Shown here one piece after another: positions 30,916 through 39,253 of a stretch of 64,000 nt of DNA (position 1 is its first letter; every line of letters begins with the position of its first letter). The stretch is from Candidatus Dormiibacterota bacterium. Lineage in GTDB: Bacteria > Chloroflexota > Dormibacteria > Aeolococcales > Aeolococcaceae. Where the stretch lies: NCBI GenBank assembly GCA_963718525.1, contig OY970355.1, positions 992,001 through 1,056,000 on the forward strand. The letters run 5' to 3'. The translations under genes and the position numbers were made by a program. A model generated the notes under the pieces. It saw only the letters and a program-made list of their open reading frames with translations, did not search any database and was not told the origin of the DNA.

Positions 30916-31860
30916 ATGCTGGAGGAGCGCTTCGCGACTGTTCGCGGGCAGCCGCTTCGCTACCTCGTCTGCGGGCGCGGCAAACCGCTGGTCCTCTGCC
31001 ATGGCTTCCTCAGCTCGGCCGAGGAGTTTGGAGGGAGGTTCAGCGAGCTGGGGGCGTATCGAACCCTGATCATCCCCGACCTTCCAGGGAACGGTGCGTC
31101 ACCGCCGCTCCGCGGACGGCACTCGTCCGGGGCCATGGCCGATGTGCTGTTCGACCTGCTGGCTGAGCTCCAGATCGACAAGTTCGATGTCGGCGGTCTC
31201 TGCCTTGGAGCGACCGTCGCCTGCGCGCTCGCGAAGCGGGCAGGCACCCGAGCCGAGCGGTTGGTCCTTCACACGCCGCTGCTGTCGTCCGACCTGATGC
31301 GCCGGCGCTACCGAGACCAGGTGCGCCTGTTGAGCCGCCGGCCCATGTGGGACGGCGTCGTCTGGTTGAGCCGGCAGCGCTGGGTGAGCGATCTCTACAA
31401 GCGCTTCGTCATCGTCGAGGGCGACGTCGACGATCGCACCGCCGACATCAACTACGAGAATCAGCGCCGCGCGGATCCTCGCGCCGCCCGTGAGTGGCTC
31501 AACGACTGCCTGCACCGCGACGACGTCGATGTGGTCGCCGCACGGGCGGAGCGGACGCTCATCATCGTCGCTCGACACGATCGCCTGGTCGACGTGGAAC
31601 GGCTCAAGGACGTGATCGCGACCCTACCCGACCTCCAGGTGTTCACCGACAGCGACCAGGGTCATGGCTGGAACGAGGAGGCCGTGCACCGTCAGCTGGA
31701 GGTGCTCAAGGCGTTCTTCGGCAACTGCCACGGGAATGGCCACACTAATGGAAGTCAGGTGGTTGCCTCGGGCGTGTCAGCGAACGGCGCTGCGAACGGA
31801 GCAAGCCACGGACGGCCCTCGCTGCGCGACACGGTCAGTGTCCCGCTCTCCCACGCCTGA
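30916..31860 (+). CDS. alpha/beta hydrolase with Cys in the nucleophile elbow
   Basis: LCHGF, PDLPGNGAS, GLCLG in place of GxSxG, late D and GH; start could be 30862. Confidence 0.8.
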   Translation: MLEERFATVRGQPLRYLVCGRGKPLVLCHGFLSSAEEFGGRFSELGAYRTLIIPDLPGNGASPPLRGRHSSGAMADVLFDLLAELQIDKFDVGGLCLGATVACALAKRAGTRAERLVLHTPLLSSDLMRRRYRDQVRLLSRRPMWDGVVWLSRQRWVSDLYKRFVIVEGDVDDRTADINYENQRRADPRAAREWLNDCLHRDDVDVVAARAERTLIIVARHDRLVDVERLKDVIATLPDLQVFTDSDQGHGWNEEAVHRQLEVLKAFFGNCHGNGHTNGSQVVASGVSANGAANGASHGRPSLRDTVSVPLSHA

Positions 31861-31902
31861 GCGCGACAGGGTCATCCCGGCCTCACCGGCCGTCGTCCCA
31901 GG

Positions 31903-32150
31903 TCAGCGCCCTCGAGCTCGAGGAGACCCCGGTTTGCGCTCGAGCCCCCACCCATATCCGGTCAGCCCCCCATCAGTGCCGATCAGGCGATGGCTTGGGA
32001 CGACGATCGAGATGAGGTTCTGACCGTTGGCGGCACCGACAGCGCGGACCGCGCGCGGCCGGCATCGCCGTCCCGCCAGGATGGACAGACGACCTCGACG
32101 ACGGGTCTGTCGCCGGTATCGTGGACGTCGACCGGGGCGTTGCTGATAAG
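31903..32150 (-). pseudogene. ogt: degenerate O6-methylguanine-DNA methyltransferase (Ogt/Ada) fragment
   Basis: [38 protein letters not shown]; PCHR active site reads PSHR and the N-terminus is eroded. Confidence 0.7.
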
Positions 32151-32283
32151 CGCCACGGCTCCGCAGCACAGCTCGGCGGAGGCCAGCGCGTCAGCAACGC
32201 CCTCAGCACATCGTGCGCACCGTTTGGGGGTTCCCGCGCGTCGGGCCCCCGTGCGGGGTCGGCCGGGTCAGCCGCCTCGACGA

Positions 32284-32318
32284 GGGGTTGGAATAACGAT
32301 TGAGGAGGTTGGTCAGTT
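32284..32318 (+). other. internal attP-like site
   Basis: 27/35 ungapped identity to the reconstructed attP (33666-33692 joined to 9809-9816). Confidence 0.7.
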
Positions 32319-32370
32319 CGATTGGTTTCTCTTGGCCGGGAGAATGCTACAAGCGATTCATGGTGCGCCG

Positions 32371-33606
32371 TCAGTCTCGCGGGACCGGAACCACCACGAG
32401 CGCGATCCTGACGAGCCGTTGCTTGTCCCCAACATGATGGAGATACACGGTCGGGTTCCCGGCTACCGGTGACCCGTCGCGGATGTACTGTGCGTGCCCG
32501 CGGAGCGACTGCAGAGCCTTTTCACTCAGCCCAGTCACGTCGTCCTCGCGCATGAAGAGAACCAGTGCTGCCTTGGTGTCTCGCCAGACGAGGTACCCGA
32601 GGAGCTGGTCCACAGCTTCGCTGAACGCCTTCTGGCCAGCCCAGAACTTGCACTCTGCGATGAAGACGGGTCCCTCAGCGGTGACCACGAAGATGTCAGT
32701 CTTGCCATTCCGGCTGAAGGTCTCCCCGCTCGCTTCGCCGAACGTGTTGTTCAAGATGAGCAGGAGGATGTCCCGCAGCCCCTGCTCTGGCAGCGAGGCA
32801 AACGTCACTGGCAATCGCTCGATGAGACGACGAAGTGTGCCGAGGAACTCGATGATCTGGATGTAGCCCTCGTCGCGCAGGAAGGGTCCTCCAGCCCGAT
32901 CGGCCGTCGACCCGACGACGGGAACAAGACCGCGACGCGGTACCTCCACGGCGAGCGCGGCGTCTGCGTCGGCCCTGCGACGTATCGGAAGACCGAGGGC
33001 TGATTCCAGGCTCTGACCCGTCTCCAGGCGCTGGCGCCGTCGCTCCAGAGCCTGACGAACTCGGTCCAGGAGAGTGTGGTTGAACCCTCGGATGTCGCTG
33101 ACGGCCCAGCCAACGTATTCGCCGATCTTGACGAAGGCTTCGTCCACGGACGACTTCATGCCGGCCTGCACCTCCGCCGAGGCGGCGGCATCGGCTGCGA
33201 CGGTCACAGTGACGACGACCGCGTGGTCGCGAACATCGCCGTGCGGCGGGTTCAATGTGAAGCGACTGGGAGAGAGATCGAGGATCTCGGGATCGCCTTC
33301 GAATGTCTCGTGTACCTCGATGCGATGGCCAGGGATGAACGCCGGACGACTACGGTCGAACACCGCACGTGCCCAGTCCCGACTGACGTCGATCCGCGTC
33401 TCCTGTACCCCATCGACAATGTACCGGTCGCCTGTGAGGCTCGGCTCAGCAACCGCGAAGCGATCCACGATGGGCTGGGCGAGGTCGTTGATCGAGTCGC
33501 GCAGGATCTCGGCTGGCGCAAGTGCGTCAACCGCTTGCAGAGCGCCGCGCTCGCGCTCCCCAAGCCACTCACGCAGTTGCCTACGTTGAAAGAGAAGTCG
33601 ATCCAC
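32371..33606 (-). CDS. uncharacterised protein with C-terminal PD-(D/E)XK nuclease-like domain
   Basis: GETFSRNGKTDI...FIAECKFW...QLLGYLVWRD; GTG start inferred at 33606. Confidence 0.7.
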   Translation of the reverse strand: MDRLLFQRRQLREWLGERERGALQAVDALAPAEILRDSINDLAQPIVDRFAVAEPSLTGDRYIVDGVQETRIDVSRDWARAVFDRSRPAFIPGHRIEVHETFEGDPEILDLSPSRFTLNPPHGDVRDHAVVVTVTVAADAAASAEVQAGMKSSVDEAFVKIGEYVGWAVSDIRGFNHTLLDRVRQALERRRQRLETGQSLESALGLPIRRRADADAALAVEVPRRGLVPVVGSTADRAGGPFLRDEGYIQIIEFLGTLRRLIERLPVTFASLPEQGLRDILLLILNNTFGEASGETFSRNGKTDIFVVTAEGPVFIAECKFWAGQKAFSEAVDQLLGYLVWRDTKAALVLFMREDDVTGLSEKALQSLRGHAQYIRDGSPVAGNPTVYLHHVGDKQRLVRIALVVVPVPRD

Positions 33607-33674
33607 TCCAACCCCGACTCTAGGGCTGAAGAGGTGAGGCGCGATCCCGGTCGCCGACCTCAGCAGGGGATGTC

Positions 33675-34805
33675 TTAACGATGGACCAGGTTGTCGAGCT
33701 CGGTGCGACCGCCGTCCGGCCAGTGGATGATGTGGTGGCCTTCGGTCCATGCGGGCGGTCGGTCGCACCCCGGGAAGCGGCAGCCCTGGTCGCGAACAAC
33801 CAGCGCGGTGCGGAGGTGCGCCGGGATCGTCCGCGTGGCCCGTCCCACCGAGAGCGGCAGTGCATGCGTGCTCGCAGCCATCCACGCCAGATCCTCAGCA
33901 GGCGGCGCCACCATCACCACCGTCCGCACCGCGTCGCAGGCGATGCGGCGTGCGGTCTCGGGATGGATCGGACCCACACGGCCCAACTCGGCCGGCGCTG
34001 CAGCGGCGCCGGAACGGAGCGTGTCCGCGCTCACCGTGACGGTGAGATGCGGCCGCTGCCCGTGCACATCGCGGTGGTCTCCACAGCGCAGCTGGGTGGT
34101 CGCAAGATCGACCAGCGCGTCGGCCCTGCGCTGGGACGCCAACCGCTCTTCGCCCCAACTCATCCCGTGACTGAGCGCATCGATCGCCGTCTTCACCAGC
34201 GCGCCGCCCTCGGCGTCGAGCTCACCACGGAGGACGAACACGCCCCCATAGGTCTGCTCGCACTCGAACCAGCGGCGTTCGTGGGCGCGGTTGTCATCGG
34301 CGAGCACCCCATCGGGGTCGAGGCGCAGCCGGGTGGCCTGGGTGAGCATGCGCATGGCCCGGGGCTCAAACGTCTCCGCCGCGCCCACCAGGACGTGCTC
34401 GAAGGGCGCCAGCTGCGCCACGCCGACATCCTCGGCGAGGTGGGCGATCATGGTCACGTTGCTGAAGGAGGCGCGCCCGGTACGAGCGCTGTCGAGCGTG
34501 GCCGGCAGCTCTCCCAGGGTCCGGGCCAGGTGGACGCGGTAGGCGGCCGCCTTCACGGTCATCCCGCAGGCACGTCGCAGCCAGGACACCGTGCTCCCCC
34601 CGCCATCGGCCTGGGCGCCCCGCTCGCGATGAAAGCGGTGCAGACGGCGGATGGACTCGGCCTCCAGCCGATCGATCGCCCGGCGGATGTCGACGATGTC
34701 CTGACCCAGGGCGTGCGTCGAGAAGCCGTCGATGGACTCTCCGACGAGGGTATCGACCGCCTCACGCAGACGGTCTCGCGCATCCGGTATGGCGAACGCT
34801 TCCAT
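33675..34805 (-). pseudogene. DUF222/HNH endonuclease (13E12-repeat-like), interrupted by element 1
   Basis: QRRADAL, RRIACDA, RDQGCRFPGC, HHIIHWPDGGRTELDNLV then premature HR*. Confidence 0.9.
33684..33692. repeat. att core, right junction of element 1 (GACCAGGTT)
   Basis: Identical to 9800-9808. Confidence 0.9.
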
Positions 34806-34812
34806 ACAGGAT

Positions 34813-34832
34813 ATTATACCAAACACCTGTTC
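34813..34832 (-). promoter_or_regulatory. extended -10 promoter overlapped by a LexA (Cheo-type) SOS box; leaderless start
   Basis: Minus strand GAAC-AGGT-GTTT (34821-34832), then TG-G-TATAAT (TATAAT 34813-34818), 7 nt before the ATG at 34805. Confidence 0.75.
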
Positions 34833-34836
34833 GCCA

Positions 34837-35070
34837 CAACAGGGACAATGTGGCCTCACAAGTTGTAGCCACTTCCGGCAATAACCCCCGCGACGCCGAC
34901 GGGTCGATGTTCCGGCGGGGATCATTCCCTGTTGGACCGAGGCGGTGCCCTCACCCCTGAATCCAAGCCCGAAACCGGTGTCAAGGATCAGCCGAACCCC
35001 ATTCGTCGGGGGTCAGCCGAAGCCCTGTAAAGCCTCAGCCGCATGCCTTTTGACAGGCATCAGCCGAAGG
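34837..35070 (-). ncRNA. candidate structured RNA (linked-hairpin array plus a multibranch domain)
   Basis: TCAGCCG repeats at 34988, 35013, 35035, 35060 separate stem-loops; CAACAGGGA/TCCCTGTTG closes a branched domain. Confidence 0.4.
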
Positions 35071-35085
35071 TACACATCACAAAAG

Positions 35086-35124
35086 TGCCCGCTCAGGGAT
35101 TCGAACCCTGGACCTTGGGATTAA
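35086..35124 (-). repeat. att site: duplicated 3' half of tRNA-Lys
   Basis: 39 bp identical to 53358-53396. Confidence 0.95.
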
Positions 35125-35192
35125 GAGTTTCACGGTAGCAATCTCGGCGGTACCCCTGGCTATTCTGAAGCTCGCCGCCAACGTCCGCCAAG

Positions 35193-35232
35193 AACTGTTG
35201 GAGTACGTGGTAACTGTTGTAAGAACCGTTGT
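35193..35232. promoter_or_regulatory. putative integrase arm-binding repeats
   Basis: AACTGTTG, AACTGTTGTAA, AACCGTTGT; the same motif with 12-bp spacing recurs at 53271-53291. Confidence 0.65.
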
Positions 35233-35870
35233 CGAGCTGCGCCGTTCTAGACTCCTCGCGTTCGCTGCGTTCAAGGCTTGGGGTGTCACACGTGGGCCGA
35301 AGACGACGAGAGGTCAAGCCACATGGCCGCCGCCAGATCGACAGCGTGCAGATGCAGCTGGTGGAGGCAATGTGGCTTGCATTCCCACTGAAAACGGCCA
35401 CCGAGGTCGCTGCTTTCGCCAGAGTGAGCCGGGACACTGCCTGGCGGCACCGAAGACAACTCGAGGCCGCCGGCCGGCTCCCGGTCATGAGTCGAAAGGA
35501 GCGCGGTCGAGCGCGTACAAGCGCGCGATTTGCTGAAATGCTCAGTGACCCGGACAACGTTTTCCGCACGCGCAAACGAAGGCGACCGCGGACCGGTTGG
35601 TGGACTCGGACCGAAATCCAGATCGAAGGCCCCCTAGGTGGACAGATCTGGACGTCGCCTTCGTTCCCCGATCTTTTCCCTCCAGACTACGTGCCGAGCG
35701 AGGAGGAGCTCGCCACTCGAATGCAAGAACGCATGGGTCAAGTGTTCGACGACTACTTGCGGCGCGTCCGTCCGAGATTGCTTCGAGAAGCGCTCGAACG
35801 CGTCAAGGGAGAGTTGACTCCGATCATGCATGTGCGCGTGCTCGTCTCATCCGCTGCCAACGCGCCCTGA
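35229..35870 (+). CDS. hypothetical protein with HTH-like segment
   Basis: KTATEVAAFARVSRDTAWRHRRQLE; start uncertain. Confidence 0.5.
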   Translation: MSSCAVLDSSRSLRSRLGVSHVGRRRREVKPHGRRQIDSVQMQLVEAMWLAFPLKTATEVAAFARVSRDTAWRHRRQLEAAGRLPVMSRKERGRARTSARFAEMLSDPDNVFRTRKRRRPRTGWWTRTEIQIEGPLGGQIWTSPSFPDLFPPDYVPSEEELATRMQERMGQVFDDYLRRVRPRLLREALERVKGELTPIMHVRVLVSSAANAP

Positions 35871-35939
35871 CTGCCCACCAATCCAACTCCAACAGCCGGA
35901 CAAGTTGGGCATAGCGCGACCTTCGGCACACTTTGACGT

Positions 35940-36131
35940 ATGGGTACTCCAGCCCCGAGGCGGCTGCTCCTCTCAGTTGAGCAAGCAGCGGAGATGCTCT
36001 CGATTCGACGGACGCTAATGATGCGTCTGATCTACGAAGGCGAGGTGGGATCGGTAACCGTCGGTCGGCGGCGGCTCATCCCGACATCGGCCCTCGAGGA
36101 GTTCGTTGATCGACGTCGCGAGGAGGCCTGA
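35940..36131 (+). CDS. excisionase-like HTH_17 protein
   Basis: LLSVEQAAEMLSIRR...SVTVGRRRLIP. Confidence 0.85.
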   Translation: MGTPAPRRLLLSVEQAAEMLSIRRTLMMRLIYEGEVGSVTVGRRRLIPTSALEEFVDRRREEA

Positions 36132-36293
36132 TTTGCCGCCTGAATGGACCTCTTCGATATTCGATATGGCCCAGCGGCCAGCGGCGGCGAGCGTGGAATC
36201 GTGGCCGCGAGATCGAAAATGGGCCCACGGTCGCCTGCCTTCAGCGCGAGCCGGGGCGCGCGGGTGACCAGCGACGGCCCTGTTTCAAGGGCT

Positions 36294-36725
36294 AGCCTCG
36301 GAAAGATGGGTCGATCCAGACGCATCCCGCCCCGGAGCGATCTGTTGTCCATCATCGAGCACGCCAAGCCGTGCACGGTCCGGCAGGCCTTCTACCAGGC
36401 GACGGTGCACGGCGTCGTTCCGAAGACCGAGGCTGGGTACGACAAGGTCCGTCGACTGCTCGTCGAGACGCCTCTCGATGAGCCTTCGGGGTCAGCCGAG
36501 ATCTGCACGTGACCGCGGCTGGCCTTGGTTCTGGGGCCAGCCTCGGAAAGGTAGGTCGGCCCAGAGACATCACGACGCGGGTCGATCTGTTGTCGATAGT
36601 TGAGGGCGTCAAGCCCTGCACGGTCCGGCAGGCCTTCTACCAGGCGACGGTGCACGGCGTCGTTCCGAAGACCGAGGCTGGGTACGACAAGGTGGGTCGA
36701 CTGCTCGTCGAGATGCGTCTCGATG
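36294..36725 (+). repeat. tandem partial duplication, 245-bp period
   Basis: 36294-36480 vs 36539-36725; 77-bp exact core at 36372-36448 and 36617-36693. Confidence 0.9.
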
Positions 36726-37402
36726 GCTCGCTGCCGTGGGATTGGATCGCCGACCACACGAGGTGGATGCGCAAGCCGACCACGTTCGGGAGCCTGGAGT
36801 ACGCCGCCCAATGGTGGGCTGCCGGCTATCGGCGAGATCTGGTGCGAGCTGTCGGCCGAGTAGAAGTGTGGCTCGAGAAAGACGCCCTGGCAGGAGTGAT
36901 CTTCCCCGTCACGGCGGAATGGGACGTGCCACTGATGGTGACGCGCGGTTACTCCAGCCTCTCGTTTCTGCACACCGCAGCCGAGGGATGGCAAGCCGGA
37001 GGCGACTGCCACGAGCCTGTGACCGTCTACTACCTCGGCGACCATGACCCCAGCGGATGCGACATTGATCGAAACATTGAGAAACGGCTTCGGAGCTTTG
37101 CGCCAGACACAAACTTGACGTTCGAGCGCATCGCGGTCACCGTCGACCAGATCACGGACTGGGACCTGCCCGAAAGGCCCACGAAACGTTCGGACATCCG
37201 GTCGCGGGGTTGGGTGGGCGGCAGCGTCGAGCTCGATGCCGTCCCCCCCGACAACCTGCGTGACCTTGTTCGCGGAGCCATCCAAGCGCACGTGGATCTC
37301 GAGCAGCTCGACCGCATCCGGAGGGCCGAGACAGCCGAGCGCGAGTCCATCCGTGACTTCGCCGACGCGCTACGAGACGGACACGGTGAGGCCGAGCTCT
37401 GA
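36509..37402 (+). CDS. TOPRIM-fold protein of the Topo VI-A/Spo11/JetD-like group
   Basis: TVRQAFY, EVWLEKDAL, RGYSS, YLGDHDPSG, ELDAV. Confidence 0.75.
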   Translation: MTAAGLGSGASLGKVGRPRDITTRVDLLSIVEGVKPCTVRQAFYQATVHGVVPKTEAGYDKVGRLLVEMRLDGSLPWDWIADHTRWMRKPTTFGSLEYAAQWWAAGYRRDLVRAVGRVEVWLEKDALAGVIFPVTAEWDVPLMVTRGYSSLSFLHTAAEGWQAGGDCHEPVTVYYLGDHDPSGCDIDRNIEKRLRSFAPDTNLTFERIAVTVDQITDWDLPERPTKRSDIRSRGWVGGSVELDAVPPDNLRDLVRGAIQAHVDLEQLDRIRRAETAERESIRDFADALRDGHGEAEL

Positions 37403-37449
37403 GCGCGAATCTCGATCCGGTCGAATACTCGTGCAACGAGGGCCCGCGT

Positions 37450-38481
37450 GTGTACAGCATCGACGACGCACGGCGGCGCTTCAAGGAGTCGATTGAGCAC
37501 CTACCAGTCCTCGGCGTCGATGGGTTCATCGTCAAGGGCTGGTCGCACTTACTGGCAGGCTGGTGGCGCTTGGGTAAGAGCGAGTTGATGGCGGCAGTGA
37601 TGCTCCCTTGGCTACGTCTCGGGCTCCGCGTTCTCTGGATCAGCGAGGAGCCTGACAGCGTGTGGGCCGACCGCGCCGACATGTGCGATGGACTCTACGA
37701 GCCGATCCCCTGGGGTGGCCTCACGCTGGTCGACGCGCTCAGTGGCACGTCAGCCGAACTACTCGACGTCGCGTCTCGCTTCGAGGGCGACATCGTCATC
37801 ATCGATACGGTCCAGGAGGTCTGCGGGATCGAGTCGATGAGGGACGACGATGCCGTACACCGCGCCATGACCCCGTGGCTTCGAACGCTTCGCGACAAGG
37901 GCGTCACGAGCATCTATATTGCCCAACACCGCAAGGCGGCGGGCGAACACGGCCAGCGAGTGATGGGGTCCGTGACCCTGCCTGCGAAGTTCGACGTCGT
38001 TCTTGAGCTCGAGGATGTCGAGGGCTACGACCGACGCCGCCGTTTGACTGCTCGTCGACGACGGAGAGAGGTCCTTCCGGTGGTATACGAGATGGACGAT
38101 GAGGGCCGCATCGTCTTGGTTGCCGATGCGCGGTCGCGAAGCAGAGTGGAGGTAGAGGCTTCAGTACTAGCCATCGTCATTGCCAGCCCCGAGGGCCTGA
38201 CCACAGCCGAGGTAGAACGCCGGATGACGCCGAAGCCATCTCGGGATACGGTCCTTCGGGCCTTGATCGCTCATGCACAGGCTGGCCGAATCCAACGCGA
38301 CCCAGTGATCACGGAGCCGGCGACAAGGCGGACGGTCACCTGGTTACGGAACCTACCGACGCCACCAAATCTGCCGCAAGATCTCCACTCCCTATCGGTA
38401 GAGATCAGCGCGGCAGACGGTGCTGCGGCAGATTCGTCCACCTCAGCCGCACTCGGCCAGCCCGTGTGCGCGATGCCGTAG
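37450..38481 (+). CDS. RecA-like AAA ATPase/helicase with C-terminal winged helix
   Basis: GWWRLGKS Walker A variant, VIIDT, QHRK, VMGS. Confidence 0.7.
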   Translation: MYSIDDARRRFKESIEHLPVLGVDGFIVKGWSHLLAGWWRLGKSELMAAVMLPWLRLGLRVLWISEEPDSVWADRADMCDGLYEPIPWGGLTLVDALSGTSAELLDVASRFEGDIVIIDTVQEVCGIESMRDDDAVHRAMTPWLRTLRDKGVTSIYIAQHRKAAGEHGQRVMGSVTLPAKFDVVLELEDVEGYDRRRRLTARRRRREVLPVVYEMDDEGRIVLVADARSRSRVEVEASVLAIVIASPEGLTTAEVERRMTPKPSRDTVLRALIAHAQAGRIQRDPVITEPATRRTVTWLRNLPTPPNLPQDLHSLSVEISAADGAAADSSTSAALGQPVCAMP

Positions 38482-38485
38482 CCCC

Positions 38486-39193
38486 ATGTCCGACGGTGTG
38501 TCTTCGATGGCGTCCGCATCCCATGGCGCGCGCAAACCGGAGAACAAACGAAGAGGACGCACCAAAGGGTATGGCGGCCAGAAAGGCGGCGCACACCAAG
38601 TCACCTGGTGCGATGACCCCATCATCCTTGACCGCATTCGCATTGGTCTCAAGCCGTGGATGGAACGACGATCGCCTCTCGAATGTCTCGAAGTCATTCG
38701 CACGCACATGGCCGACGCTCATCCAAACGAGCCGCCGATCTCCGCGCGAACCATGTACGAGGACCGCCAGCGAGCAGGCATGTTGATAACGCGCGACCTA
38801 GAAGCATTGCGATCAGAGCACGTCGCAGAACTCGACCACGTTATCCGGCGGGCTTGGGAGCTGTTCGAGTCGACTGCGCAAGGCCACGCGGCGCTGTTGG
38901 GGACCATCTCCCAGACGATCGAGCGCAAGGCCAAAGTTGATGGAACGCTCAATCCCAAGGCAATCGCTATCGGTTCGTTGGCGATCGCTGGACCGTCGAC
39001 GCTGGGAAAGGTCGATGTCGACATGTCCGATGAGACGATGGCGCGCATCTTGGCTACTGCCATGGATCTGCGCGAGTCTCATGGTCTGATCGTCGATACC
39101 GGCGCTGGTTTCATCTCACCACTACCGGCGCTGAACAACGAGCTGGACAAGGAGGGAGACGATGGCATCGACGACTATGTCGAGCGGCTCTGA
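38486..39193 (+). CDS. hypothetical protein, terminase-small-subunit-like
   Basis: ELDHVIRRAW...IERKAKVDGTLNP resembles the helical TerS-like pattern of phage proteins. Confidence 0.45.
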   Translation: MSDGVSSMASASHGARKPENKRRGRTKGYGGQKGGAHQVTWCDDPIILDRIRIGLKPWMERRSPLECLEVIRTHMADAHPNEPPISARTMYEDRQRAGMLITRDLEALRSEHVAELDHVIRRAWELFESTAQGHAALLGTISQTIERKAKVDGTLNPKAIAIGSLAIAGPSTLGKVDVDMSDETMARILATAMDLRESHGLIVDTGAGFISPLPALNNELDKEGDDGIDDYVERL

Positions 39194-39253
39194 ACTGCCA
39201 CAAGGATTGCGATGCGCCGGTTCCCAACGATGTCTGCCGCGCTGAAGCGGTGA

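Larger units (their letters stand above)
9809..33692. mobile_element. serine-integrase integrative element (phiRv1-like targeting) carrying defence cargo
   Basis: Bounded by the GACCAGGTT repeat, splits an HNH gene; contains integrase, xis-like HTH, prim-pol, ATPase, resolvase and defence genes. Confidence 0.9.

Noticed and set aside
32371-33885. 504-aa ORF spanning the right att junction
   Set aside because: The first ~93 codons are an off-frame overlap with the DUF222 gene; the plausible protein starts at 33606
34988-35068. CRISPR or TIGR-type array
   Set aside because: Repeats are only 7-9 bp with 13-16 bp self-complementary spacers, and no cas or Nop-domain gene is nearby
36294-36725. 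Diversity-generating retroelement TR/VR pair
   Set aside because: Differences are not adenine-specific and there is no reverse transcriptase in the window
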